64,000 nt of DNA from Xanthobacteraceae bacterium (GCA_022844485.1 JALHLQ010000003.1:41921-105920); one strand, 5' to 3'. Shown: positions 9,251-19,593, counted from the stretch's first letter. Numbers and translations are program-made. The notes: a model not told the origin generated them from the letters alone.

Positions 9251-10514
9251 CCTGAGCGGTGGCACCGGCCGACATGACCAAGAAGGCAAACGCGTGAATG
9301 TGTCCGGAGTGGAAGAAGAAACCTCCCGGCAGCAGCATTGCCAGCACGCAAATCACGACCGTCCGGTCGACCAGACTTTTCGTCTTCACGAATTCGCCGA
9401 CAAACAGCCGGATGTAGATGATCATGAATACGAGCAACATGAACCCGATTCTGAAGAATTCCCCCAACAACCCGACGTCGTTGATCCAAAAGTAAGGACC
9501 GTAGAGGCGCTTGAATCCGCCATCGAACATGACCGACAGAGCACCGAGACCGAAATAATAGTTTTCGGCCAGGAGGCGAAGGGCGATTTGGGCGGTTTGA
9601 GCCCTGATATTGTCGTCCAAACTGACGCTGTCGCCGCCTCGCAGCACGTAGTCAAAGACAGATCCGATCGGGTCTTTATCGAATCCCACCATCAATAAAC
9701 CCACCGCCACAGCGCCCGCTGCAGCGGCCCGGACGGTCACAGCCGGACGAAGTACGAGCACCGCAAGACCTGCAACGAGCAATGCGAGAAGCGTCAGACT
9801 GCGCGTTTGCGCGATGAGCAGCAGCCCTGTCAACCCGATGAGCATCGGGACAGCATGCGCAATGGACCTCTTGCACGCCAGGCTCACCGTCCCGTAGAGG
9901 AAAGCGATTGCAAAGCAATCCCCGGGCGACGTAATCCGCAGCTTGCGCGGGTCTAAATCGGGAATGTTCGGACGCGTGAGCAGGCGATCGCTCGCAACGG
10001 CTTGAATGAGAAGGCTGAGTACCAGGTAAATCGCAGCGCACCAGAGCAACGCGCGGAAGACGTCGTCGGCGTCGAGCTCGTATCGACGCCGGATTCCATC
10101 GAACACGAACCAGAACAGAAACGAGAGTGCCTTACGATTCTCCGCCAATCCGTAGATGATCGGCTGCTTGTAGTTGATCCAGGCGAAGAACGTGCTCAGA
10201 AAAACGAGAGCGAGCGGGGTTGTAAAGAAGAAGAGGTCCAAAGCCGTAAGGCTCCGCTGCCGCATCCGAGCGAGCACGACAACGGTGGAATAGAGTAACA
10301 GCAGGCCATACGTGCTCTCCAGGAAGTAACGGAAGGCGAGGGGATGGTTGTCGAAAGAGAAGTTGGTGGCAAAGAAGAATTGAAACGCGAGGCCGAATGC
10401 CAATGTGAGAGCAACCGTGCCGCGGACTTGCCGGGCCGATGTTCGAAGGGCTGGCGATTTCGCACGCGGCATCGAATGGATGTTCGATCCGCGATGGCCT
10501 GCCTCCAATTGCAC
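9120..10514 (-). CDS. Putative Wzy polysaccharide polymerase / O-antigen ligase-like membrane protein
   Basis: Many TMs, AQTRS motif, periplasmic loop with FGLG...NDVGLLGEFFRIG; inside EPS locus; start uncertain. Confidence 0.75.
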   Translation of the reverse strand: MQLEAGHRGSNIHSMPRAKSPALRTSARQVRGTVALTLAFGLAFQFFFATNFSFDNHPLAFRYFLESTYGLLLLYSTVVVLARMRQRSLTALDLFFFTTPLALVFLSTFFAWINYKQPIIYGLAENRKALSFLFWFVFDGIRRRYELDADDVFRALLWCAAIYLVLSLLIQAVASDRLLTRPNIPDLDPRKLRITSPGDCFAIAFLYGTVSLACKRSIAHAVPMLIGLTGLLLIAQTRSLTLLALLVAGLAVLVLRPAVTVRAAAAGAVAVGLLMVGFDKDPIGSVFDYVLRGGDSVSLDDNIRAQTAQIALRLLAENYYFGLGALSVMFDGGFKRLYGPYFWINDVGLLGEFFRIGFMLLVFMIIYIRLFVGEFVKTKSLVDRTVVICVLAMLLPGGFFFHSGHIHAFAFLVMSAGATAQVRRRFDGGRREPTMSLRAGQGAGGTVRPYRSEMYRQSDAAAST

Positions 10515-10561
10515 GCTACTCGGTCTCGAAGATGAACGGACTCATCGAGGACTCCTGCGAC

Positions 10562-11707
10562 CTATCGTGTGCGTTGTTGCCGGTTGCGCTCAAAATACGG
10601 GAGTAGAACCTCCATTTGCGGACGGTCCTGACCGTTTACGGGCTGTAGCGAATAGTAGTAATCGCCCCACCAAGGCCCGGCGGCCCACCAGGTCCAACCG
10701 AGCCAGACGTCACTGTTGTTTTCGATGAATTCCAACATCGTCTTCCCCTCGGTCATGTCGTGCGGCGTTCCCAGAAACGCGAACTCGCCGAGGAAGAGCT
10801 TGAATCCTTTGGAGCGTGCCCAGCGCGTGACTTGCGAGAGCACCGTCGCGCCTGATCCGGGAACTGCAGGCCCGCCGAAGCTCGTCGGCGGCGCATCGAG
10901 ATACTGATGCACTTCGAAGGCAAAGTTATTTCCGGGATCGTGAAAGCCCGCCATAACGGCCGCGTTGTCGGTGCTTACGAAATCCTTGGCGCCGCCCCAG
11001 TGGTTTCCCATGACGAGGATCTTGTTGGTCGCGCCGGTATCGCGGATCGCCTTTGCCGCGACATTGGCGCTGCGCAGCCATTGCCGCGTCGGCATTTCGT
11101 GCGGTTCGTTCATCAGGCCGAACCAGACCAGCGGATTGCCCTTGAATTCATTGGCGAGACGCCGCCACACGTCGGCAAAGGCATCATCCGGGAGCGACGG
11201 AGTACCAAGAAGGTCGACGACGACCTTGTCTTTGGTCACTGTCTTGCGACGTGCATAATTGTGAAGGTCGAGGATGGCCACAAGGCCGCGGCCCGTGATC
11301 TCATCGACCAAACCGCGAATGTCTCCGAGATACTCCGCGTCAAGCGGTCCGCGCAACGCGTGCTGCAGCCGCTCCCACCGGAAATCGAGCCGGATGACCG
11401 TCGCCCCCTTATCTGCGAAGTAGGCCACGTCTTCGGCGCTGGGCACCACGTAATTGACAAACCGCTTGCCGGGAAAGGCATTGTCGCCGAAGCCGAGGCC
11501 TGCAAGGTTGACTCCGTAAAGTTGCGTCGGTCGGCCCGGCGCAGAACCAGGTACCGGCCCGACACGCGCTGCCTTCGAAGGTCCGTCAGCCGAATCCAGG
11601 CGTTCGTGTTGAGGCGCACCCCCCGAGGAGGCAGAAGCGGCCATCCCCGGGACCGTCTGCAAGACCATCGTAAAGGCAACGAGCCCGATCAGCGCTTTCA
11701 TAACCAC
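10562..11707 (-). CDS. Glycoside hydrolase family 5 endoglycanase with signal peptide
   Basis: GVNLAG, RWERLQ, LDLHNY, LMNEPH (acid/base), LFLGEF (nucleophile), WWAAGPWW. Confidence 0.93.
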   Translation of the reverse strand: MVMKALIGLVAFTMVLQTVPGMAASASSGGAPQHERLDSADGPSKAARVGPVPGSAPGRPTQLYGVNLAGLGFGDNAFPGKRFVNYVVPSAEDVAYFADKGATVIRLDFRWERLQHALRGPLDAEYLGDIRGLVDEITGRGLVAILDLHNYARRKTVTKDKVVVDLLGTPSLPDDAFADVWRRLANEFKGNPLVWFGLMNEPHEMPTRQWLRSANVAAKAIRDTGATNKILVMGNHWGGAKDFVSTDNAAVMAGFHDPGNNFAFEVHQYLDAPPTSFGGPAVPGSGATVLSQVTRWARSKGFKLFLGEFAFLGTPHDMTEGKTMLEFIENNSDVWLGWTWWAAGPWWGDYYYSLQPVNGQDRPQMEVLLPYFERNRQQRTR

Positions 11708-11828
11708 GCTCAGGTTGGGTACTTGGCCAGCCCGCCCACACCGTTGCTATAAGAACGTCTAAGGGCTGATTGTTCCTGCCGGGGCCGGCTGCCGGACCAC
11801 GCCTTCGCCCGCGGAACCGGACGGAGAG

Positions 11829-11860
11829 AAAGGGGGCCGCCGTGCGGCAGCCCCCCTTTT
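11829..11860. terminator. Probable intrinsic terminator between the two GH5 genes
   Basis: AAAGGGGG...CCCCCCTTTT imperfect GC stem with A/T tails on both sides. Confidence 0.55.
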
Positions 11861-11886
11861 GACAGCGACGTTGTGAGGACGAGGCT

Positions 11887-14052
11887 TCAGAGCGAGAACG
11901 CGTTGTGCTCGCCGAAGAGCCCGTTCACTTCGAGGCGGAAGTCGGCCGCGGTATCCTGGTCGACATTGGCCTCGATGATCGTCTGGTTGTGGGCCGCGTC
12001 TTGAATGACGCGCAACTGACCCGCGGCGGTGAAAACCGCCGCTCCGGTCAGGACGAAGGCCTGATCTCCGGCCACAGCCGTATCGGCGTCCATCTGACTG
12101 AGATCGATGATGTCGCCCGTCTGAAAATCGCGAATGAGATCGGGTGCCGCAACTTTCGAGTCGGTGAAGGCGGTGAAGACAAACCGGTCGTCGCCAGCCC
12201 CGCCCCACAGGAGGTCTCGACCTGCTCCGCCGAGGATAAGGTCCGCCCCGTCGTCGCCAAAAATCTCGTCGCTGCCGTCTCCTCCGATGAGTTGGTCACT
12301 GCCGTGTCCGCCATGGAGTCTGTCATCGCCAGCAGCACCATCGAGCCGATCATGTCCCCGACCGCCCTGCAGAATGTCAGAACCAGCGCCTCCGGCCAGA
12401 ACCACATCACTGCCTGCCGCGTCCACCGAGGGTACACTCGCTGGAGGCGGCGGATTGGACGGGGCCTCGTTGCCGGGAGCGGTTGGCGGCGACCCGGTCG
12501 TTGGCCCGGGCGGCAGAGCGGAGGGCGGCTCGCTGACGGGGGGTGTGGGAGCCGCCGGCGGCAAGTTGGCAGCGACATCCGTCACCCAATTCGATACGAC
12601 GTGAGAATCGACTTTCAGCCCGCCGGTCGCATTGCTGACGAAAATGTCGGTCTGCTCTTGTTTGCCCTCCCACCAGGGGCCCTGATCAGTTGCCTCTGCG
12701 GAGCCGTCGAGCGCAACGTCGCGTTTGATGGTGAACGAATAGGTCCCTTCCGCAAGGGTGACGGTGACCTTGCGCGGGTCGACGCTTTGAAACGACACGC
12801 CATCCGGCAGGTCCGCGGCGGCAAGGTCGGAAGCCATGCTGTGCGCGAAGTCGGCGGCGTCCAGCGAATTGGCGTGCCAGAGGTCGAAGGTCTGCCCCTG
12901 GACGGCATTCTTGACCTCGATCGTCACTCCCATCGTCTCGCCTTCTTTCAGGACCTCGCCGGTGCCGGAGGCGCGCGAGATGGAGACGGAGGACGCGTCG
13001 GCGGCCGGCGGCGTTGCGGGTCCCAGCCCGGGGTTCGGCGTCGAGCCGGGAGGGCTCGTCGGTGGCGGATTCGGATTGGGCGTGAATTGGCCCGGAACCG
13101 GTGTCGATGGATCGAGATCGTAACGTTCGAGAACGTCCATCTGCGGCTTGTCGACCGGCGCGTTCAGATCGTCCGGCTCGACCGAGTAGATGTAGTCGCC
13201 GAGCCACGGCCCGCCGGCCCAGTAGGTCGCCCCGTGCCAGACGTCCGCATTTTGCTCCATGTACATGAGCATGTTGTCGAGCGCTTCCAGGCTGGCGCTG
13301 TCTTCCGCGACGCCGAACTCGCCCAGGAAAAGCTTGTGACCTTTGTCGCGCGCCCACTCCGTCGCTTCGGTCAGCCGCTCGACGCCGATCATCGGATGCG
13401 CGATGTGGTCTGTCGTGCCGTCGATCTGATCGAGATACTGATGCACCTCGAAGGAGTAATTGTTGAGCGGGTCGACCACCCCTTCCCCGATCACCGTGTC
13501 GTTGTCCGAGGAGACCCACGACCAAGCACCGTCCCAGTAGGTCCCCGGCACCAGGATATGCTGCGGGGCGCCTGTCTCCCGGATGGCCGCAACCGCGGCG
13601 TTCACCGAGCTGATCCATTGCTGCGCCGTTTGATCGTGGGGCTCATTCATCAATCCAAAAACGACATTGGAGTCGTTCTTGAAATGGTCCGCGATCTTCC
13701 CCCAGAAGTCCGCAAAGGCAGAATCCGGCAACTCTGGGCTACCAACCATCTTTTCATAGGAATAGCCGAAATTGTGCGGATCAAGAATCACCTTCATACC
13801 TTTGGTCGCCGCGTAATCGACGACCTGATCGATGAGGGCAATCTCGGCGGAGTCGAGTGACCCGTACGCCTCCCGTTGCGCGCGCTCCCATTTGAATGGA
13901 AGCCGGATGCTGTCCATTCCCTTCGACGCGTAGTAGTCGATCATATCCGTGGACGGAAACTGGTAGTTCGTCCCGTGCACGCCCGAACCGTTTTCGCCAA
14001 ATCCACTGGCCGCGAGATTGATCCCCATCCCAATCATGATGTCTTGCTCCAC
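11887..14052 (-). CDS. GH5 endoglycanase with Pro-rich linkers, unknown central domain and RTX/serralysin-type C-terminus (type I secretion substrate)
   Basis: GH5 NEP and GEF motifs; GGAGSDILQ/GGRGHDRLD/GAAGDDRLH nonapeptide repeats; DLIRDFQTGDIIDLSQMDAD; no N-terminal signal peptide. Confidence 0.92.
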   Translation of the reverse strand: MEQDIMIGMGINLAASGFGENGSGVHGTNYQFPSTDMIDYYASKGMDSIRLPFKWERAQREAYGSLDSAEIALIDQVVDYAATKGMKVILDPHNFGYSYEKMVGSPELPDSAFADFWGKIADHFKNDSNVVFGLMNEPHDQTAQQWISSVNAAVAAIRETGAPQHILVPGTYWDGAWSWVSSDNDTVIGEGVVDPLNNYSFEVHQYLDQIDGTTDHIAHPMIGVERLTEATEWARDKGHKLFLGEFGVAEDSASLEALDNMLMYMEQNADVWHGATYWAGGPWLGDYIYSVEPDDLNAPVDKPQMDVLERYDLDPSTPVPGQFTPNPNPPPTSPPGSTPNPGLGPATPPAADASSVSISRASGTGEVLKEGETMGVTIEVKNAVQGQTFDLWHANSLDAADFAHSMASDLAAADLPDGVSFQSVDPRKVTVTLAEGTYSFTIKRDVALDGSAEATDQGPWWEGKQEQTDIFVSNATGGLKVDSHVVSNWVTDVAANLPPAAPTPPVSEPPSALPPGPTTGSPPTAPGNEAPSNPPPPASVPSVDAAGSDVVLAGGAGSDILQGGRGHDRLDGAAGDDRLHGGHGSDQLIGGDGSDEIFGDDGADLILGGAGRDLLWGGAGDDRFVFTAFTDSKVAAPDLIRDFQTGDIIDLSQMDADTAVAGDQAFVLTGAAVFTAAGQLRVIQDAAHNQTIIEANVDQDTAADFRLEVNGLFGEHNAFSL

Positions 14053-14504
14053 TCTTTACGCTGAACACAACACGAGAATGCAATCTGCCGAAAGCGACTG
14101 ATTGCAGAACTGCGGGTGCGTGTGCCACCCCAAAACAGCGGAAAGATGCAGGGCCTGGGGCGAGATTGAGGCGGAGAGGCTGTCCAAGTTCGAATTCCGG
14201 GATGAGCCGCAGTGCAGGCCACAATACGATCCGACAAGTATTCGTGACCCGGCTAACGAGCAGGAGCGCATGGCACAGCAAGGTCGCCCGCGACTCCTCG
14301 GAATAGGCAGTCCTCGGCACAAGTTGGCACAGAGGCCCCCCTGGAACTCAACTCAATGCACTCGCGGCCTGAACTGCGGGGGCCATGCAACAATGCAGCG
14401 GCGGCCGCGTTATTCGAGCAGGTTGGGGCTGTTTTCCTCGTGCGGGGAGATGGAGTTCCATGCCGAAGACACCGCAGCCGCTTCAGTGAGAGACGAATTG
14501 GGGC

Positions 14505-16079
14505 GTGCTCGGCTCGCGAAACCCCGCTAATGTATTTGCGATCATCGTGCCGCGCACCGTTCTCAACACAATCGCAAACGGACTTGGCCTTGGCGCCAAC
14601 GCGACCTTTGGCGTCCTCTTTACAGCGATTTACTTTCGTCTGCTGGGAGGCGAACATTACGGCCTGGTCGGCTTCTGCCTCACGCTCCTTCTCGCGAGCG
14701 ACTTCTTCGCCGCCATGGGCCTCGGCCGCGCTACCGTGCGCGAGCTGGCTCGGCGGGAGCACTCTGCATCGCTCGCGCAAGAGATGCGCGACGCCCTTCT
14801 CACCTTGCAACTCATCCATGTCGGGCTTGCGCTCGTCTGCGGTCTCGTTCTCATCATCGCTTCGGGCTGGATTGCCGAGCATTGGTTAAGACGGGACGAG
14901 GTTTCTCTTGAGCAGGCGCGGACCAGCATCCTCCTGCTCGGAGTGCTTGTGGCTTGTCAGCTGCCGCGCGAGATCTGCCGGGCCGCGCTGACCGGGCTAC
15001 AGCGCCAGGTCTTGGTGAATATGCTCGGCGCAAGCTTCGTCTTGGTGCGCGGGATCTTTACAATCGTAGCGCTTACGACGTTCGGGCGGGATGCGATTGT
15101 CTTTTTGAGCGCGCAAATCTTCGTCTCGATCGTCGAGACATTGTGGTTCGTCGTCGCCGCGTGGCGGCGAATGCCGCCGGGATCCCGTCAGCCGCGCTTC
15201 GACCCGAAGATAGTGAAGGAGACCTGGGCCTTCGCGACGACCGACGGATTAGTGATGATGGCGAGCGCCGCCATGATGCTGGGCGATCAGCTGATACTAA
15301 GCACGATTCTGCCGCTTGATCTCTACGGCGGCTATGTTCTGGTGATCCGGATTACCGACGTTATCGCACGCGGGGCTCTGCCGTTTACCTACGCGTTTTT
15401 TCCCCACCTCACCGATCTGGTTGCGCGAGGCCGGCATGAAGAGCTCGCTCACGATTACCACCGCGTCAGTCAGGTGGCGTCCTCGATTCTCATTCCGTTT
15501 GCGTTCCTCGTTGGGCTGTTTCCGGCTGAAATCCTTCGGCTGATCTCCGGCGACGCCTCCATCACTGCAGCCTTGGCAAGTGTGCTCGTCTTGCGAACGT
15601 TTGGAAACCTGTTCGCCAGCCTGCAATATCTGCCCCAAGTGCTGCAGCTCTCGATGGGCGCGACGCTGCCGGTACTGATAATTACATTAATCGTGGCGCC
15701 GATTTATCTCATCGGCACGATGATGCTGACGCCGATCTACGGCGTGATCGTACCCGCTGCGCTATGGTGTGGGCTGCACGCGGCGACGATCTTTCCGATG
15801 CTGATCATCACGCATCGCATGATCCTGCATGGTCAAGCTTGGGTCTGGACAAAAAAGGCCCTCATCGCCCCCACGCTTATCAGCGTGTGTGTTGTCACGC
15901 TTGGTCGGCTTACTTCTCCAGCGACGATCTCCTGGACGTCAACGACGCTTTGGCTCGCGGCGACAGGACTGTTGACGACGCTGGCGATCCTCTGGGCATC
16001 GCCAGATCTTCGTGCTCTGGCCGGCGCCGGGATTCGCAAGCTGACCCTACGCCGGCAAGTCCGCCGTCGGGCCGATTGA
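14505..16079 (+). CDS. Wzx-type oligosaccharide flippase (MOP superfamily)
   Basis: About 13 TMs, LGGEHYGLVG, DQLILSTILPLDLYGGY. Confidence 0.85.
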   Translation: MLGSRNPANVFAIIVPRTVLNTIANGLGLGANATFGVLFTAIYFRLLGGEHYGLVGFCLTLLLASDFFAAMGLGRATVRELARREHSASLAQEMRDALLTLQLIHVGLALVCGLVLIIASGWIAEHWLRRDEVSLEQARTSILLLGVLVACQLPREICRAALTGLQRQVLVNMLGASFVLVRGIFTIVALTTFGRDAIVFLSAQIFVSIVETLWFVVAAWRRMPPGSRQPRFDPKIVKETWAFATTDGLVMMASAAMMLGDQLILSTILPLDLYGGYVLVIRITDVIARGALPFTYAFFPHLTDLVARGRHEELAHDYHRVSQVASSILIPFAFLVGLFPAEILRLISGDASITAALASVLVLRTFGNLFASLQYLPQVLQLSMGATLPVLIITLIVAPIYLIGTMMLTPIYGVIVPAALWCGLHAATIFPMLIITHRMILHGQAWVWTKKALIAPTLISVCVVTLGRLTSPATISWTSTTLWLAATGLLTTLAILWASPDLRALAGAGIRKLTLRRQVRRRAD

Positions 16080-16117
16080 TGTTAGCTTGAGCTTTGACGG
16101 CGTCACCGCGACGCCGC

Positions 16118-17116
16118 TCAACCCAAGTTGCTCGCCCCTCGCTCAGCCAAGGAGGTTTTGTTGCCGGCAGACACATCAACACCATCAAAGGAGAAGGAAT
16201 TGAGTTCCGATTTGCGGCTGCTCACGCCCGCCGGGGCACGCGGTTGAGTCGTCGCGCGCAGCGCCATGAGATCGGGATAGCGAAGATGTGTAACGAGCGT
16301 TCCCCCGCCCATGACCGGAATATGGTGGTTCTTCGCTTTCGGTCCCTCCCCGGCCAGATGAACAATCGCCAGTTCGCGGGTGGCATCCGCGGTCAAGAAG
16401 CACTGCCGTTCTGGATCCCATACAGGCGAAGCCATTCCGACAATGTAGTTGAATTCAGATGGCAGGATCTCGACTGGCAAGATGTCCTGATAGACGGCCT
16501 GATTGAAGGCGAACTGGTCGTGGGGGTAGGTTGTCCGGGTTCGCCTTATCGCGGCGAGAGCCCGGTTCTGCCATGCTGACCAGTGGGGGGCGTCAACATG
16601 AATTGCGAACACTCCGACATTGAAATGCGGCTTCCGGTAGAGCCAAAGACCGCGCCCCCAGCCGTAACCCCTGACGAAGGTCTTGAGGACTCGGAAAGCG
16701 TGCCGCCGCCCAATGCGATAATCCGGGTCGATCTCGGCGACCACGGCCGCCGAGTTGTTGACCGCGCCGCTGACGAACTTGTCCAAGGCATCGCCGCGCT
16801 GCAGCCATGCGTCGCAATCCATCCAAACATACACGTCGTATCCCGGGAAGTACTCCGGCATGAAAAGCCGGCTTTCATACGCTTGATTTCCCCACCCCTC
16901 ACGGCAGTGGATGCCGAATTTCGACGTGGGCTGCACGATGAACTCGGCGCGGTCGCGCAAGATCGTCCGCTCGGTCTCGGATAGACCGAAGTCGAAAATC
17001 CCGAGCGGAATGCCTCGCGCGGTGCGATGTTCGCGCAACGAGTCGGTCATCTCCAGTAGAAGCTGAAAATAATCGGAATTGGCCCCCGTCACGATGATGC
17101 TTCGCGGCTGTTTCAT
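16118..17116 (-). CDS. GT-A fold glycosyltransferase (GT8-like)
   Basis: YVWMDCDAW DxD motif, FNVGVF, DQFAFN, IVHLAG; start taken at ATG 17116. Confidence 0.75.
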   Translation of the reverse strand: MKQPRSIIVTGANSDYFQLLLEMTDSLREHRTARGIPLGIFDFGLSETERTILRDRAEFIVQPTSKFGIHCREGWGNQAYESRLFMPEYFPGYDVYVWMDCDAWLQRGDALDKFVSGAVNNSAAVVAEIDPDYRIGRRHAFRVLKTFVRGYGWGRGLWLYRKPHFNVGVFAIHVDAPHWSAWQNRALAAIRRTRTTYPHDQFAFNQAVYQDILPVEILPSEFNYIVGMASPVWDPERQCFLTADATRELAIVHLAGEGPKAKNHHIPVMGGGTLVTHLRYPDLMALRATTQPRAPAGVSSRKSELNSFSFDGVDVSAGNKTSLAERGASNLG

Positions 17117-17132
17117 GTTTCCTCGACGAAGT

Positions 17133-17174
17133 TCCACGATCCTGACACCTCGATCCACGATCCTGACACCTCGA
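17133..17174. repeat. 21-bp tandem direct repeat x2
   Basis: TCCACGATCCTGACACCTCGA twice, just upstream of the GT start. Confidence 0.9.
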
Positions 17175-17585
17175 ATGGATTAAGCCCAGCCAGAGCGAAA
17201 GGCACACGAGCAGCGTTGTGGATTCCACAGACAGGCGTCCCCCCGACTGCACCCTCTCATGCTGTAACCCTGCCCCAACTCAACGTCACAGCACGAAGCA
17301 CCGTTCCAGGTCCGAGGCACGCGTAACCGGATGGGAGGCAAGGGCTGCGACATTGCAACCAAACAGGCCGTCTGGGAGTTTCCGAATGCTGGAATCACTC
17401 TCGTCATGGAAGCTTGTGAAAGCCGCAAGCGTGACTGTTCTTCCGTTGAGCAAAACCTGCTTTTCTGAGTTGCATGCTGGTGAGGGCGAGTACTCGCGCC
17501 AGCCGGCCCGCCAGAGCGATCTGCCTCCAGGCGTGCGGCAGCCCGCCAGTTCCAGCGTTCGGCAGCGGGACGGCGGCAGTGTTTC

Positions 17586-19337
17586 ATGGAATTTTGCGAG
17601 TCGTTCCTCAAGAGGCGAACAGGCCCGATGCTAGAGGCGAGAAACAGCGACTTCGCTCGGCATGCGTCGTCTACTCCGGCGGATTCGGGGCTTTCTGGCG
17701 ATCCCTCGGCGGTTCCGCTGCAGCTTTCGAGCCTATGGCGACATAAGGGAACAATCGGTTTGATTGTCCTCGCCTCGGTCATTCTGGGGTTTCTGATCTC
17801 GTCCGTACGGCCGGCGAACTACACGGCCGTTGCTCGCCTGCTGATCGACAACCGCCAACTCCAGCTGTCGCAAAAGGACGTCGTCTATGCCCAGTCGGCG
17901 GTCGACCTCCCGTTTGTTCAGAACCAGCTTGAGCTCCTCAGGTCGGAAAAAGTGGCTCTGAAGGTGATCGACGATCTCAAACTGGCGGCCGATGAGGAGT
18001 TTGCGGGCGCGCGCGGCCTGCTTGGTTTCGGACCTGTCGGCGTTGGCGAGCGTGGTGTGGAAGCGGACAGTTCCGAATCGGCGCGCGAGGCGGAAGTGCT
18101 GAAGCGCCGCCTTGCGCTACAGCACCTGCAACAGAACGTGTCGATCGGACGCGTGGGAGAGAGCTACACGCTCGAGGTGCGCTTCACGGCGCGCACCCCC
18201 AAGAAGGCCGCCGCTGTCGCCAACGGGATCGTGAACTCCTACATGCAGGATCTCATTGCCGCCAACAATGAGAAAGCCCAGAGCGCGACGGCCTGGCTGC
18301 GCGACCGGCTGCGGGAACTCGGACCCAATGCGCGGGTGATCACCGAAGCGGCGCCGCCGGTGCGCCCCGATGGACCGGGAACGACGAGCATTCTCGCCGC
18401 ATCCGCCATTCTTGGAATGATGTTAGGAGCGGCATGGGCCTTTGCCCGGGATCTGCTGGACCGGAGCATACGGACGCCGGGCGCTGCGGCCGCGCTGATC
18501 GGTGCGGAATGTTTCGGCCTGTTGCCGAAGGTCTCGCGGCAGGGCAAGTGGGCAGGCTTCGCCAAGCGCCATTCGGCAAATCGTCCGGCACGGACCTTCC
18601 ATCTCCTCGAAGCGCCATTGGCCATCGGCGTTTCACAGCCGCTTTCCCTGTTTTCGCAAACCATGACGCGGCTGCGGACGTCGCTGGTGCGGGAACAAGG
18701 CGGCCTGGTTAGGGCGATAGGGGTCACATCGGCTCTTCCCGGCGAAGGCAAAACCACATTGGCCGTCAACCTGGCTCTCTCGCTGGTTCACGCAGGCAAG
18801 CGCGTCCTGCTCGTGGATTCCGCGAGCTATGAACCCGACCTGTCACGCATCTTCGCCCGTGAGGCGAAAGCCGGGCTGTTAGACATCTTGCAGGGTTCCG
18901 TCGACATGAGCGAAGCCGTGTGGCGCGACCTCGACACCTCTCTGCACTTTCTCCCGCTCGGGCGGCAACCGCGCCCGGGACACGAAATTTGGTCGGAGCG
19001 CTTCGAGACCTTCCTGGAACAGGCCTTTGCAAGCTACGATTTCCTCGTCTTTGACCTTCCCCCGCTCGCGCCGGTATCGGACGTCCGCGCAGCCGCGCAC
19101 AGCCTGGATGCGCTGCTGCTCGTCATCGAGTGGGGCCACACGCCGGCGCCCACCATCGATGCCGGCCTTGCCATGTCCGGTCCCGCTAAGTCGAAGCTCG
19201 CGGGATCGGTCTTGAACAAAGCCGCTGTCAAGCTGCTGGTCCAAGACGCAGTTCGGCACGGATGGTTTGGCCGGAAGCGACGATATTCGGATCATGCCGG
19301 TGTCGCTGCAAGCGACCGGAAAGGCGCCGGAGAGTGA
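17586..19337 (+). CDS. Wzc/ExoP-type polysaccharide co-polymerase with BY-kinase domain
   Basis: Wzz N-terminal domain (QLELLRSEKVA), two TMs, Walker A SALPGEGKTT, VLLVD, FDLPP. Confidence 0.9.
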   Translation: MEFCESFLKRRTGPMLEARNSDFARHASSTPADSGLSGDPSAVPLQLSSLWRHKGTIGLIVLASVILGFLISSVRPANYTAVARLLIDNRQLQLSQKDVVYAQSAVDLPFVQNQLELLRSEKVALKVIDDLKLAADEEFAGARGLLGFGPVGVGERGVEADSSESAREAEVLKRRLALQHLQQNVSIGRVGESYTLEVRFTARTPKKAAAVANGIVNSYMQDLIAANNEKAQSATAWLRDRLRELGPNARVITEAAPPVRPDGPGTTSILAASAILGMMLGAAWAFARDLLDRSIRTPGAAAALIGAECFGLLPKVSRQGKWAGFAKRHSANRPARTFHLLEAPLAIGVSQPLSLFSQTMTRLRTSLVREQGGLVRAIGVTSALPGEGKTTLAVNLALSLVHAGKRVLLVDSASYEPDLSRIFAREAKAGLLDILQGSVDMSEAVWRDLDTSLHFLPLGRQPRPGHEIWSERFETFLEQAFASYDFLVFDLPPLAPVSDVRAAAHSLDALLLVIEWGHTPAPTIDAGLAMSGPAKSKLAGSVLNKAAVKLLVQDAVRHGWFGRKRRYSDHAGVAASDRKGAGE

Positions 19338-19593
19338 CATGCGCAGACTTTCTCTGCTGTCCTGCTGGGTCCTGTGTGTTTTCATTGCAGCGCTGATGCC
19401 GACCGGCGGCTGATCGCCGAGATCGAGGATCGCGCAAGCATCGCCTTTCCGCCCGAACTCAGGGCGCGGCAATCTGAGACCGCGGTGGCTGAGCTTTTCC
19501 GAGAGCAGAATCTTTTGTTGGAAACAAACCGAAACGCGATCGCCGCCAGCAAGAGCTCGCGATCGCCGCCAGCAAGAGCTTTCGTGAGCAGAT
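19075..19593 (+). repeat. Left copy of duplicated wzc-3'/wza-5' segment
   Basis: 19075-19408 matches 20902-21235; 19406-19593 matches 21684-21851. Confidence 0.95.
19339..19593 (+). pseudogene. Internally deleted and truncated copy of the polysaccharide export gene at 21166
   Basis: Same start MRRLSLLSCW, 451-bp deletion with frameshift, 23-bp tandem duplication at 19535-19580, then homology stops. Confidence 0.9.
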
